Source of the DNA: the human T2T-CHM13v2.0 reference genome, Homo sapiens
Direction: 5' to 3' (one strand)
Length of the DNA: 64,000 bases
NCBI RefSeq assembly: GCF_009914755.1
Contig: NC_060929.1
Part shown: positions 14,201 through 30,306 of the stretch, one piece after another
How positions within the stretch are numbered: position 1 is the first letter of the stretch
Layout: each line of letters opens with the position of its first letter
Notes under the pieces: model-generated
The model's input: the letters and a program-made list of their open reading frames with translations, nothing else
Told to the model about the DNA's origin: nothing
Databases searched by the model: none
Made by a program: the position numbers and the translations under genes

Positions 14201-16105
14201 AACATTTGATCCAATAGCTATAGAATACACATTCTTCTCATCAGCACATGGAATGTGCTCCAGGATAGGCCATATGTTAGGATACAACACAAGTGGCAAC
14301 AAATTTTAAAAAAAATCAAAGTCATATCAAGTTTTTTATCAGACCGCAATGGAATAAAACCAGACATCAATAAAAAGAAGAGCTTTGGAAGCTGTACAAA
14401 TACATGGAAATTAAATAACAGGTCCCTGAATGACCACTGGGTCAAGAAAGAAATTAAGAAGGATATTAAAACATTTCCTAAAACAAGTAAAATTGGAAAC
14501 ACAACATACCAAAACCTATGAGATACAGCAAAAGCAGTGCTAATGGAGAAATTTATAGCAATAAATGCCTGCATCAAAAAAGTAGAAAGATTTCAAACAA
14601 GCAATCTAACAATCATGTCAAGGAAGTAGAAAAGCAAAAACAAACCAAACCTGACATTAGTGGAAAGAAAGAAATAATAAAGATCAGAGCAGAACTAAAT
14701 GAAATAGAGACTAAAAACAACAACATCAAAGGATTAAAAAAAAAGTCGATTTTTTGAAAATATAAAAATCAATAAACTTCTGGCTAGTCTAAACAACAAT
14801 AAAGAGGGACAACCCAAATAAAATCAGAAACTGAAAAGGAAACATAACTGATACCACAGAAATAAAAAGATTTTCAGACTATTATGAAATACTTTTTGCT
14901 AACAAACTGGAAAACCTAGAGAAAAGGTATAAATTTTTGATCACGTGTAACTTACCATGATTGAAACAGGAAGAAGTAGCAAACCTGAACAATAGTGAGT
15001 AAAGAGATTGATTCCATAATAAAAAAATCTCCCAACAAAGAAATAAATGCTCAGGAACAGATAGATTGCTTCACTGCCAAATTCCACCAAACTTATAAGA
15101 AGCTCTAACACCAATTTTCCTCAAACTTTTCCAAAAAATTAAGAAGAGGGAATGTTTCTTAATTCATTCTACAAGTCCAGCACTACTCTGACACCCAAAC
15201 CGAAAAGAACACAACAACAACAAAAAGAAAATTGCAGGCCAATATCCCTGATGAACATAGATGTGAAAGTCCTCAATGAGATGCTAGCAAACCAAATCCA
15301 ACAGCACATTAAAAAGATAAGACCTCATAATCAAGTAGGATTTATCCCAGGGATGCAAGGATGGTTTAACATATGCAAATCAATAAATATGATACATCAC
15401 ATTAACAGAATTATGGACAAAAGCCGTGCAGTCACCTTAATAGATGCAGAAAAAACATTTGATAAAATTCAACATCCCTTCATGATAAAAATTGTCAATG
15501 AATGAAACATAGAAGAAACATATCTCAATGTAATAAAGGTGATTTATGAAAAACCCACACCTAACATTATACTAAATGGGAAAAGCTGAAAGCCTTTGCT
15601 CCAAAAACTGGAACCAGATCAGGATGCCCGCTTTCACCACTTCTGTTCAACATAGTACTGGAAGTCCTAGCCATAGCAATCAGGCAAGTGAAAGAAATAA
15701 GGCATCCATATTGAAAAAGAGGAGGTCAAACTATCTTTCTTTGCAGATAACATGATCTTACGTCTAGAAAATCTAAAGACTATATTAAAAAACTCAGAGC
15801 TGAGAAATTCAGTAGAGTTGCAGGATACCAAATCAACATACAAAAATCAGCGCATTTATTTACACCAAGAGTGAACACTCTAAAAAGAAATAAAAAAAGC
15901 AATCCCATTTACAATAGTTACAAAAATATAAAATATCTAGAAATCAATTTATCCAAAAAGGTAAAAAATGTATACAAGTAGAACTACAAAACAATCATGA
16001 AGGAAATTGATATGGATACACAAAAATGGAAAGACATGCCATGGTCATGGAGCAGAAGAATTAAAATTGTTAAAATGACTGATGACCATACTACCTAAAG
16101 CAATC

Positions 16106-16466
16106 TGATCTCCTTTGGTTTAATGAAAAGGAAGGGATCCAAAGGCTTAGGGAGATTGGGATGGTGGAGTGGATTAGTCACTTTAGACCTACTCATCCCA
16201 GCTGGGAGGGTCCAGAAGATATACCCCCCTTTTTAAAATTCCCTTTTCCTTTATCATGTGACATAAAATTTATTGACTTCATATCAGCATTTAAGTATTG
16301 TTAACTTTATGTAATAGCATTTGGGTTGGGGATTGGTGCATTTCTGGTTTTACGAAGGATAGTTGTATTATGTTAGGCATAATTATGACCTCATTATTGT
16401 CTTTATTTGAAGATTATGTATGGTCTCAGGAGATGTGTATGGGTTCAAGTTGACAAGGGGTGGACT
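16106..16466 (+). mobile_element. HERV-L internal fragments (gag-region piece joined to 3' internal end with PPT)
   Basis: gaagggatccaaaggcttagggagattgggatggtggagtggatt...ccagaagatatacc; 3' end caagttgacaaggggtggact directly before the LTR. Confidence 0.7.
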
Positions 16467-16607
16467 TGTGATGGTTAATACTAAGTGTCAACTTGATTGG
16501 ATTGAGGGATACAAAGTATTCATCCTGAGTGTATCTGTGTATGTGTTGTCAAAAGAGATTAACATTTGATTCAGTAGAATAGGGAAAGCAGATCCACCAT
16601 TAATCTA
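16467..16607 (+). mobile_element. MLT2A-like LTR, 5' part only
   Basis: tgtgatggttaatactaagtgtcaacttgattggattgagggatacaaagtatt. Confidence 0.8.
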
Positions 16608-16611
16608 CGTA

Positions 16612-16838
16612 GAGAGCTAGCAAAGGGATAGTGACCAACTCAGCATTCCACTGGAGGCTATATGATCAAACAGCAAACTGTTTATCATGAATGCAGGATG
16701 TGGGCAAACTCACACTGCGCCTGCCACCAAAATGTTTGCTTAGGGCCATTACTCCCTGGCACCAGGCTCCTTGAAGTTATCTACTGGGAAATCTAGCGCC
16801 TGTTGGTTGAAGGATGTAGTCTTGCAAGCCTGCTGTGA
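16612..16838 (-). mobile_element. ERVL LTR fragment, LTR18-like
   Basis: cattccactggaggctatatgatcaaacagcaaactgtttatcatgaatgcaggatgtgggcaaactc, recalled as LTR18 in reverse. Confidence 0.55.
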
Positions 16839-17738
16839 GATATCATCTTACCCCAATCAGAATGGCTATTTTTAAAAAGACAGAAATTTATAGGTATTGG
16901 TGAGGGTGCAAAGAAAAGGAAACTCTTATACACTGTTGATGGGAATGTAAACTAGTACAGCCAATATGGAAAATATTATAAAGATTTCTTAAAAAACTAA
17001 AAATAGAATTACCATCTATTCCAGTAATTCCACTAGTGGGTAGTTATCCAAAGGAAAGGAAATCAGTGTATCAAAGGGATACTTGCACTTGCATATTTAT
17101 TGCAGCACTATTCACAATAGCTAAAATATGGAATCAACCTATGTATTCATCGATGGATGAATAGGTAAGGAAAACGTGATATATATACATAATGGAATAC
17201 TATGTGGCCATAAAAATGAATGAAATTATGTCATTTGCTGCAACATGAATAGAACTGGAGGTCAGTATCCTAAGTGAAATAATCCAGGCACAAATACACA
17301 ACCATTGCTATTCTCACTTAATACTTGGCAGCCAAAATATTTGATCACACGGAGGTAGAGAGTGGAAAGATAGACAACTGAGACTGGGAAAGGTGAGTGG
17401 GGGTAAGGAGGGAGAATGAAGAGAACTGGGTTATGTGTACAAATACACAGTAAGATAGAAGCAATAAATTCAATGTTTGATAGCAAAGTAGGGTGACTAT
17501 ACTTAACAAAAATATATTGTACTGGGGTGATGGACACACTAAATACCCTGAATTGATTCTTACACATTATATGCATGTAACAAAATTTCTCACATACTTC
17601 ATAAATTTGTAAAAAACAATGGCTACTATTAAAAAGACAAAAAATAACAGGTAATTGATAAGGATGCAGGGAAAAGAGAACTCTTATACACTCTTGGTGG
17701 AAATGTGAATTAGTATTGCCATTATAAAAAACGGTATG

Positions 17739-18129
<391 letters not shown>

Positions 18130-18987
18130 TTATCCAAACGAAAGGAAATCACTATATCGAGAGATAACTGCACCTCCATGTTTACTGCAGCACTATTCAC
18201 AATAGTAAAAATATGGCATCAGTCTAAGTGTCTTTCAATGGATGAATGAATAAATAAAATGTGGTATATATACATGGTGGACTACTATATTGCCATAAAA
18301 GATAATGAAAATCATATAATTTTCTGCAACATGGATGGAACTGGAGGTTATAATGTTAAGTGAAATAAACCAGGCACAGAAGGACATATACCACACATTC
18401 TCCCTCATCTATGAAAACTTAAAAACTTGATTTCATGGAGATATAGAATGATGAATACCAGAGGCTGGTAAGTATGTATGTGTGTGGGGGGTGGGAGGGT
18501 GGTGGAGAGGTGTGCTAATGGGATTAACATACAGTTAGATAGAAGGAATGACCATAGACCACAACAATATGTTATATACTTCAAGATAGCTGGAAGAGAG
18601 GACTTGAAATTATCCTAACACAAAGAAATGGTAACTACTCAAGGTGACAGATACCTGCCCCAAATACCTTGAATTGATCACTACAGTCTATGCATGTAAC
18701 AAAATATCACATGTACCCCGCGAATATGTACCAATGTGTGTCAATGAAAAGATTAAAAGAGAAATACTCCCCCAGGCAAACAAAAATAGAAGGAATTTGC
18801 TTCCAGTAGACCTGCTTTGCAAGAAATGTTGAAAGAAGTTCTTCAGAGAGAAAAAAATGCCGTAGATCAGAAATTCTTATCTACATAAAGAAAAAAAAGA
18901 ATGAGTGAAGGTAAAACAAAAATATTTATTTTTTTATTTTGAATTGATCTAACAGATAACAGTTTATTCAAATAATAATAGCAACAA

Positions 18988-19275
<288 letters not shown>

Positions 19276-19769
19276 TCAATTATGTATGCCTATGTATAAA
19301 CAAACATTTATCTATGTATACTTATGTGTAAGTGAAATGAATGACAACAATGATACAAAAAATGGAAGGGAGAGATTAGGAATATTTTGTTACTATAAGG
19401 TACTTGTATTACCTGTGAAGTGGTTCAGGGGTATTTAGTGGACTTGAATTATTTGTTAATGTATATGGCACACTCTAGGACAATCATTAAAATAAAGTTT
19501 AAAAAAGAAGTATAATTCATATGGTGAGAAAGAAAAGAAAATGGAATAATATGAAATGCTCAATTAAAACCACAAAATGCAGAAAATGTGGAAGACAAAA
19601 TTGGGAGCAGAGAACAAGGGAAACAAAGAGAAAACCATAATAAATATAGTAAATATTAATCCATCTGTATTAATAATCACTTTAAACATCAATGGTCTAA
19701 ATATATCAAGTAAAAGACAGAGATTGTCATAGTGAATCATAAAACAAGATCCAACTATACGTTGATATT

Positions 19770-20222
19770 TTGCAGTGGGCAGGCCTGTACAAAACTACCT
19801 CCAAAGTCTGAGGAAGCCAAGAGGCTGAAGAAAGAGGCTGACACATCCAGCTTCTCAGAAAGAAACATTTAATAGGGACTTATAAACAGAATCCATGTCT
19901 GTGTCTTGGGTGTCAGCTAAACAAGATTGTGGATCCCTGTATCATTACCCTCTAGACCTAGGGCTTATGTACCATAGGAAAGGAATGTGTTGAACAATGA
20001 CTGGGAAAGTCAAGAATGCTCTATGAATCTGCTTAAAGGCAGATTGACTGGACTTATGGTTAAGGTTGTCTTGATCTAAGAGCAGGAATTACGATAAATT
20101 CATGCTCTTATACAAGAAACAGTAGATAAAATAGAAATCTCAGAGGCTTTTCCAGAACTGAAGTTAATCAGAAGTCAACATGGTGGATTAGCATCCATGA
20201 TGGAGTTGCTTTAGCCTCCACT
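19770..20222 (-). mobile_element. ERVL solo LTR, LTR47-like
   Basis: Reverse complement begins gtggaggctaaagcaactccatcatggatgctaatccaccatgttgacttctgattaac; interrupts the L1 endonuclease region. Confidence 0.7.
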
Positions 20223-20520
20223 GTTATCTGCAAGAAATCCACTTTAAACATAAAGACATAGATAGATAAAAAGTAAAGGAATGTAGAAAGTTACACCAAG
20301 CCAACACTAATGAAAAGAAACCAAGAGTAGCTATATTAATTTCAGAGCAGACTGCCGAGCAAGAAAATCTGCAGAAATAAAGAGGAGCATTACCTAATGA
20401 AAAAGGAGTCAATATTCCAAGGAAGCATAACAATTTGTAATGCATTTGTGCCTAACAGCAAAGAATCAAAATATATGAGGCAAAAACTGATTGACCCTCA
20501 GAGAGAAATAGATTAATCTA

Positions 20521-20599
20521 TTGCATTGGGCAAAAGTAGTTGTGGTGTTTGCCATTACTTTTAATGGCAAACACCACAATTACTTTTGTGCCACACTAA
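20521..20599. mobile_element. MADE1 (Hsmar1-derived MITE)
   Basis: ~80-bp palindrome caaaagtagttgtggtgtttgccatta-cttt-taatggcaaacaccacaattacttttg flanked by TA on both sides. Confidence 0.9.
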
Positions 20600-20962
20600 T
20601 ACTATTATAGTTGGAGACTTTAACATCCTTTTATTAGAAATGCATAGATTCAGCAGGCAGAAAAACAGTAAAGATATAGTTAGCCTCAACAACACCATCA
20701 GTCAACTGGATGTAATTAATATCTGTAGTCTACTATATCCAAAAACAACAGATTACACATTCTTCTCAAGCTCACAAGAAACATTCACCAAAAGACCACA
20801 TTCTGGGCCATAAGACATACGTCAAAAAGAACAGAAGTCATAGAATATCTGTTCTCAGATCACAATGGAATTAAGCTAGATTTCAGTAACCGAAATATAG
20901 CTAGACAATTTCCAAATACATGGATATTAAACACCATTCTTCTGAGTAACACATAGGTCAGA

Positions 20963-22450
<1,488 letters not shown>

Positions 22451-22761
22451 AATATAAATTAATAAATAGATAAATGCAGAAAGCACCAGGCCTCAATGGG
22501 ATTGCTGGTAAATTCTACTAAACAGTTAAGGAAGAAATTGTACCAGTTCTCTACAATTTCTTCTAGGAGATATAGGCAAAGGAAATACATCTTAACTCAT
22601 TCTATAAGGACAGCATTACCCTTATACCAAAGCCGGACAAAAAGTTACAAGAAAAGCAAACTACAGACCAACATCTCTCAGGAACATGGATGCAAAAATT
22701 CTGAACAACATAGCAAATCACATCTAAAATTCAAAAAGAATCATAGAACACAATGAAGTGC

Positions 22762-25531
22762 TATCTTAGTCCATTTGTGCTGCTCTAACAAAATACCTGA
22801 TGTTAGTTAATTCACAGTAACCAAAACGGCATGGTACTGGTACCAAAACAGAGATATAGACCAATGGAACAGAACAGAGGCCTCAGAAATAACACCACAC
22901 ATCTCCAACCATCTGATCTTTGACAAACCTGACAAAACAAGAAATGGGGAAAGGATTCCCTATTTAATAAATCGTGCTGGGAAAACTGGCTAGTCATATG
23001 TAGAAAGCTGAAACTGGATCCCTTCCTTACACCTTATACAAAAATTAATTCAAGATGGATTAAAGACTTAAATTTTAGACCTAAAACCATAAAAACCCTA
23101 GAAGAAAACCTAGGCAATACCATTCAGGACATAGGCATGGGCAAGGACTTTATGACTAAAACACCAAAAGCAATGGCAACAAACGTCAAAATAGACAAAT
23201 GGGATCTAATTAAACTAAAGAGCTTCTACACAGCAAAAGAAACTACCATCAGAGTGAACAGGCAACCTACAGAATGGGAGGAAATTTTTGCAACCTACCC
23301 ATCTGACAAAGGGCTAATATCCAGAATCTACAAAGAACTCAAACAAATTTACAAGAAAAAATCCAACAACCCCATCAAAAAGTGGGCAAAGGATATGAAC
23401 AGACACTTTTCAAAAGAAGACATTTATGCAGCCAAAAGACACATGAAAAAATGCTCATCAACACTGGTCATCAGAGAAATGCAAATCAAAACCACAGTGA
23501 GATACCATCTCACACCAGTTAGAATGGTGATCATTAAAAAGTCAGGAAACAACGTGCTGGAGAGGGTGTGGGGAAATAGGAATGCTTTTACACTGTTGGT
23601 GGGAATGTAAACTAGTTCAACTATTGTGGAAGACAGTGTGGTGATTCCTCAACGATCTAGAACTAGAAATACCATTTGACCCAGCGATCCCATTACTGAG
23701 TATACACCCAAAGGATTATAAATCATGCTACTATCCAGACACATGCACACGTATGTTTATTGCAGCACTATTCACAATAGCAAAGACTTGGAACCAACGC
23801 AAATGTCCATCAATGACAGACTGGATTAAGAGAATGTGGCACATATACACCATGGAATACCATGCAGCCATAAAAAAGGATGAGTTCATGTCCTTTGCAG
23901 TGACATGGATGAAGCTAGAAACCATCATTCTGAGCAAACTATCGCAAGGACAGAAAACCAAACACCACATGTTCTCACTCATAGGTGGGAATTGAACAAT
24001 GAGAACAGTTGGACACAGGGTGGGGAACATCACACACCGGGGCGTGTTGTGGGGTGAGGGGATGGAGGAGGGATAGCATGGAGATATATCTAATCTAAAT
24101 GACAAGTAAAGGGTGCAGCAAACCAACACGGCATATGTATACATATGTAACAAACATGCATGTTGTGCACATATAGCCTGGAACTTAAAGTATAATAATA
24201 ATTAAAAAAGAACAGAAATTTACTTTCTCACAGTGCTGGAGACTGGGAAGTTCAAGATCAAGGTGCTGACACTTTCAGTTGTCTGCTCTTCATCTCCAAG
24301 ATTGTGGCCTATTGCTGCATCCTCTAGAGGAGAGGAACACTGTGTCCTCACATGGCAGAAGGTTGAAGGGCAAGTGAGAGATGAATGCTCTGTGAAGCCT
24401 CTTTGATAAGATCCATAATCCCATTCATGACTGAAGACCTGTGATGGGCATGGCATCCTCCAAAGTCTCTGAAATGCCTTCAGGGTCATTCTCCCATTGT
24501 CTTGATGAACAGCACATGGCTTCCTCCTATCTGTACCAATCTCCTTATCAAATGATCACTTGGCCATATCCTTTTTTATTCTTTACATGGCCAGGCTGAG
24601 TGTTTTCCAGATCTTCACATTTGGTGCTTTCAATTTGAAATTCTGTCTTTAAATAATTTCTCCCTTCTCATATTTTACTCTAAGCAGGTAGGAGAAGCCA
24701 CACAGAATCCTGCACATTTTGCTGCTTAGATATTTCTTCCACCAGTATCCCAGTTACTGCTCTTAAGTTTGTTTTCACAAAGTCCTAGGACATGGACATA
24801 ATTCAGCCAAGTTACTCACCACTTTATAACAAGGATGGTCTTTCCTCCAGTTTCTAATATCTTGTTTCTCATTTTCATCCGAGGCCTCCTAAGAATAGTC
24901 TCTGCTACCTATATTTCTAACCTGTATTTCTATTTTGGTTACAACCACATAGGTATTCCCTAAGAAGTCTGAGGCTTTTTTCTACAGCTCTTCTCTTTTT
25001 CAGAACCTTCACCAGAATCACTCTTAATTCTACGTTTATGGCAACACAGGTTTTTTTTTTTTTTTTCAGTGTTCACTTCAAAACTGTTCCAGCCTCTACC
25101 CCTTAGACAGTTCCAAAGCTGCTTGCACATTTTCAGGTACTTGTCATAGCAACACCCCACTCTCAGTACTATTTCTATCTTAGTCCATTTGTGCTGTTCT
25201 AACAAAATACTTGGATTGGACAATTTAAAAAACAAAAAATTATTTTCTGATAGTTCTGGAGACTAGAAAGTCCAAGATCAAGGCACAGTAGTTTCGTCGT
25301 CTGGTGGGGGCTTCTGTCTGTCTCCAAGGTGGCACCTTTCTGCCGTGAAACACTGTGTTTTTATATGGCAGATGGTGGAAGGGCAAGTGAGAGGTGAATG
25401 CTGCATGAAGTTTATTTTACAAGGTTGTGAATGCCATTCACAAGGGAGAAGTCTTCATAGCTTAATCACCTCTTAAAGCTATCACATGGGCAACAACTGA
25501 ATTTTGGAGGGTATTCGTTCAAACCATAGCA
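22762..25531 (-). mobile_element. MaLR (MST/MLT1A-type) provirus with two LTRs and a partly deleted internal region; left LTR split by an L1PA
   Basis: ctatcttagtccatttgtgctg at ~22761 and ~25175; internal MaLR sequence ~24435-25172; right LTR ends ttcaaaccatagca. Confidence 0.75.
22813..24208 (+). mobile_element. 5'-truncated L1PA (ORF2 C-terminus and 3'UTR)
   Basis: ORF 23137-23610 [15 protein letters not shown]...[13 protein letters not shown] is close to L1 ORF2p; 3' end gaacttaaagtataataa. Confidence 0.95.
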
Positions 25532-27014
25532 TGTGGGTTTTATCCAAGGTATGCAAGGCTTGTTCAACATTAGAAAATCAATTAACATAATTCATCACAT
25601 CAGCAGGCTAAATAGGACAAATGATGTAATCATATCAATAAATGCAAAAGAAGCATTTGACAAAATCCAACACCCATTCATGATAAAAACTCTCAGAGAA
25701 CTAGGAATAGAGGGTAATTTCCTCAACTTGAAAAAGAACATCTACAAAAAAGAACATCTACACAGTTACCATCATACTTAATGGTAAGGAACTTGAAGCT
25801 TTTTCACTAATATGAGAAAGAAGGAAAGGATGTCCCGTATCACCACTTCTTTCCCACATAATACTGGAAGTCCTAGCTAATAATACCAGAAAAAAGGTAT
25901 ACAGATTGGGATGAAATAAATAAAACTGCATTATTCACAGATGATGATTGTCTATGTAAAAAATCTGAAAGAATAGACAAAACAAACTTCTGGAACTGAT
26001 AAGCATTTATAACAAGACTGTAGTATAAAAGAGAATGTGTAAAAGTCAATTGCTTTCCTATATGCCATAAATGAACAAGTGGAATTTAAAATGAAAAAAC
26101 ACATTACCATTTGTATTAGCACTCCCAAAATCAAATACTTATGTGTAAATCTAACAAAATCTGTACAAGATCTGTATGAGGAGAACTACAAAACTCTAAT
26201 GAAAGATATTGAAGAAGAACTAAATAAATAGAGAGATAGAGATACTCCATGTTCATGGATTGGAAAACTTATCGTCAATATGCCAGTTCTTCTCAATTTG
26301 ACCCACAGATTCAATACAATCTCAATCAACATTCCAGAAAATTATTTTGTGGGTATTGAGCAACTAATTCTAAAGTTTATATGGACAGGCAACAGATTCA
26401 CAATAGTTAACTCAAGATGGAAGAAGAACAAAATTAGCGGACTGACACTGACTGACTTCAAGACTTACTATAAAGCTATGATAATCAAGATGGTATGGTA
26501 TCCACCAAAGAATAGACAAAGAAACTAATGGAACAGAATAAAGGGCCCAGAAACAGTCCCTTTTAAACACAGTTAACTAATCTTTGACAAAGGAGCAAAG
26601 GCAAAACAATGGAACGAAGACAATTTTTTTCAACAAATGGGCGCTGGAACAACTGGACATCTACATACAAAAAAAATCTATACACAGCTGATGCCTTTCA
26701 CAAAAAGTAACTCGAAATGTTTCATAGACCTAAATGTAAAATGCAAGATGAAAATTCCTAGAGGACAGCATAGGAAAAAACCTAGATGACCTTGAGTATG
26801 GCAATGACATTTTATATACAACATCAAAGGCATGATTGATGAAAGAAATAATTAATAAGGTAGACTTCATTAAAATTAAAAGTTTATCTGTGAAAGACGA
26901 TGTCAAGTGGCTGAGAAGACAAGCCACAGACTGGGAGAAAAATATTTATAAAAGACACATCTTACAAAGGACTGTTATCCAAATACACAAAGAACTCATA
27001 AAACTCAACGAGCA

Positions 27015-27118
27015 GGGTTGCAGTGGTTTGTGGTTTGTGCTTGAATCTCAGCTACTCAAGATGCTGACACAGGAAGATCTCTTGAGGCCAGGAGCTCAAG
27101 ATCAGCACGAACAACACA
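27015..27118 (+). mobile_element. Alu monomer (FLAM-like) fragment
   Basis: aatctcagctactcaagatgctgacacaggaagatctcttgaggccaggagctcaagatcagc. Confidence 0.6.
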
Positions 27119-29386
27119 CTTTTTTAGAGTCAAAAAGTGTTGCTTTTTGTCTCTAAAAAGGTCAGAGAACAGTATAAATCCACATTGATATAACATCACA
27201 AATCTAAGGCATCACCCTGGGTGGTCATGGGTCATGGTTAACCTTGCTGGGGGTGCCCCCGCATTTCACAAGTCAGTAGAGGCAAAGATAAACAAAGTTT
27301 CTAATAGCACAATTTTGGCTTGAGTTTCTCTATGTAGCCACACCTCACTGATTCTCCAAATCCAATTTTATTGAGAAATCTTGCTATGAATGCTTCCTTT
27401 CTAACTGACACCAGTACTATATTTCATTCTATGTTGTCTGTGCAATTTCTGATTCTGAATTTTCTGAGTCTGAGCACAGTTTCCCTATAACCTTCTTTAT
27501 TCCCTTTCCAAAAAGATTGAGAAAAGTGGGTGACTCGATGTGTTGGTGACACCATTGAACACATTAAAACTCTCTCACTAAGTAGACCTAAGAACAGCCC
27601 TGGAATTTTTTTTTCCAGTGCTGGGTCACTAGTTGCTGTTGAAGACGTTCTCAAAAGCAGTTATGACAACCTGGAGAAGTGCAAGCTGCGGGAAATGATG
27701 TGTTTCCACAGTGGCATATGAAAGGGAAGTCTTTCATTCAAGAGCGCAGAAAATGGCACATAGGTATGAATAGGGCGCCCTGCTAAGAATGCCATTAAAT
27801 AAGCTTGCTATAGACTTTCAGAAATAGAACATTATTGCTTGGCACAGCCACCATTATACATTGGAGAGAAAAAGAATACATTTTTCACTATATGGCTTCT
27901 GTGTCCCTTCTATTAAGAGGATTAGAAGACTTTCCGCCGCTTGTGTTAAGCACTTCACCAACTTCCCATTAACAGAGAAAACACACAGTTTATATTGCCT
28001 TTCAGGACCCTAAGCATTTCTTCACACTTCTACAATTCAAAATTTCATGAAGACCATAATTTTTAAAAATATTTTCTGCGAATGGGTAGAAATTATTGAC
28101 AGTGAGTCTCACTCAGCATCTCGGGGCAAACTGCTCTGTGTTCTGTTTTGCCCTAGTTTGTGGAATAAGCCCTCATAAAATTCACATGCCTAGGACCTGT
28201 GGTTGCCTGTGGAATTATTTCATCCAACAATGAAATATTTGGATGGCTGATGTGGGCTACCAGCTGGCTAAACATTGGTGAGACTGGGTGTATTGAAATG
28301 CTCTCAGTAGTAGAAGTTGGCAGACAGTTCATGGAGATACCAACCGCTATGGCAGGACTGTGTCCAGCCAATAACGGGGAATATTATAAGAGTGAAGGCA
28401 AAACCTCAAGCCTACAATATTTATAAAGTGTTTTGCAATTGCAAATAGATTTTCTAGAGTCATTTTTCTCACACTTAAAAGTTTGCTTGTATATCTAACA
28501 TCATCCATATCCTGATATAAAAGTAAATATTCCTTTAAGGAAACAATGGTGGCTTGTTCAGGGCCCCAGACCAAATTTCTGGAGAGACCATCTCACTGTT
28601 ATTGTTTAAGTCATGTTGACCTGCGGCTCAGAAAATGCATTCTCAGCAGCTGTCTTTATTCTTCTTACATGTTAGCTGTCTCCCATGACAAGCCTTTAGG
28701 GTTACCAAAAAAAAGATGTATGTTGAAAACTCTTATTGTTTGTTTTTCCTGCAGTTCCCTATAAAATGTCAGTATTTTTGAAGAGGTTCTCCTTAAATTG
28801 AACCCCTGAGGCTGGAGATTTACCAGGTTGATTTAGGAGTTTGAAATCCTGGAGTGTTTCCATAAAATGAGGATTTACAGTTCATAAATATAATGACAAA
28901 AGTGTGAAGATACATTTTTGTCCTTGAAAAACTACTGGAACAAAAGTACTTTTCATAAAAGGCCCACAAGCTGCTATTTCCTTCAGACAGAGGCCTATCC
29001 TGGCTAGGAAGAGTGAAGTGGCGTTTTATTGCCACTTGTTTAAGATGGTCTCCCTCTCTGCTTCTTGGGGAGCCACTTTCTCCTGACAGGTACACAGGTG
29101 GACATCGGAATTGAGCACTGCGACATTTAAGCAGCGACAAGTATAAAGAAATAACAGGAAAACATGTTAATAGGTAGAGCACATTTCTTTTATTTGCCCT
29201 GTTCCTGCCTGGGTTCAGCTTCTGGATCACTATAGTCTGGTTGTGATCTTTGCTCTCAGATCGTTAGCTGAGTTCCTTCTTGCATATGGCACCAAACAAC
29301 CTGGTTAATAATTGACATTAAATTATCTGCTGTGACAAACTGTTTAGGGAAAATATATGCCATGCTTTGGCTTTATAAAATGTTAA

Positions 29387-29728
<342 letters not shown>

Positions 29729-29956
29729 AATGGACCTTCTTGATAGATGATAGAAATGGTGTGAGGCTAGCAGGTATGTAGCTCTGCAGAAAATGGCCTA
29801 GGTTGAATAGCAGCAGTGGATTCATGAGTTTGGGGAAAACCTCTGGATTTTCTTTCAATTTAGTTGTGAATTGAATTGACATAATTTTCAAACTTAGGAT
29901 GAATGTTGGAGCTTACCCTGAGGTTAAAGAAGGGACAGCCTTCCAGATTTGCTTAC

Positions 29957-30034
29957 TTTATCCCAATTCTTGGAAAGGCAGAATCATGTCTCCATTCTAC
30001 TCTGACTAATTCACTTCTATAAATGTCTAGTAAC
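29957..30034 (-). pseudogene. Candidate fossil exon (78 nt, open: LLDIYRSELVRVEWRHDSAFPRIGI)
   Basis: Minus strand cctccctccttctag| ... ATAAA|gtaagc; phase 2-2; no repeat recognised. Confidence 0.3.
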
Positions 30035-30179
30035 CTAGAAGGAGGGAGGAAGTGTTGTGCCCACCGCACACCTACTTCCCTTAATGCTGATGTTTGGTTA
30101 TAATTAGAAATAACTTTATATTGTGGAAAGAGCACTATGCCATGAGTCAGACAAACTAAGTTCTAGTCATGGATTCACA

Positions 30180-30306
30180 ACTGATAATAGTTTCCTGAGC
30201 AAAGCAAGATACATTGAGATTGAAAGGGAGTATTATTAACACTTATACTGGTCCACAGGCATTAACCAGGACTGTTGTGAGGAAACTGGGATGTATGGCC
30301 ATTCTT
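30180..30306. mobile_element. MER94-like hAT-Blackjack DNA transposon
   Basis: tgagattgaaagggagtattattaac...acaggcattaaccaggactg...aaactgggatgtatggccattct. Confidence 0.6.

Noticed and set aside
23137-23995. 157-aa and 80-aa ORFs
   Set aside because: Fragments of L1 ORF2p in a 5'-truncated copy, not a host gene.
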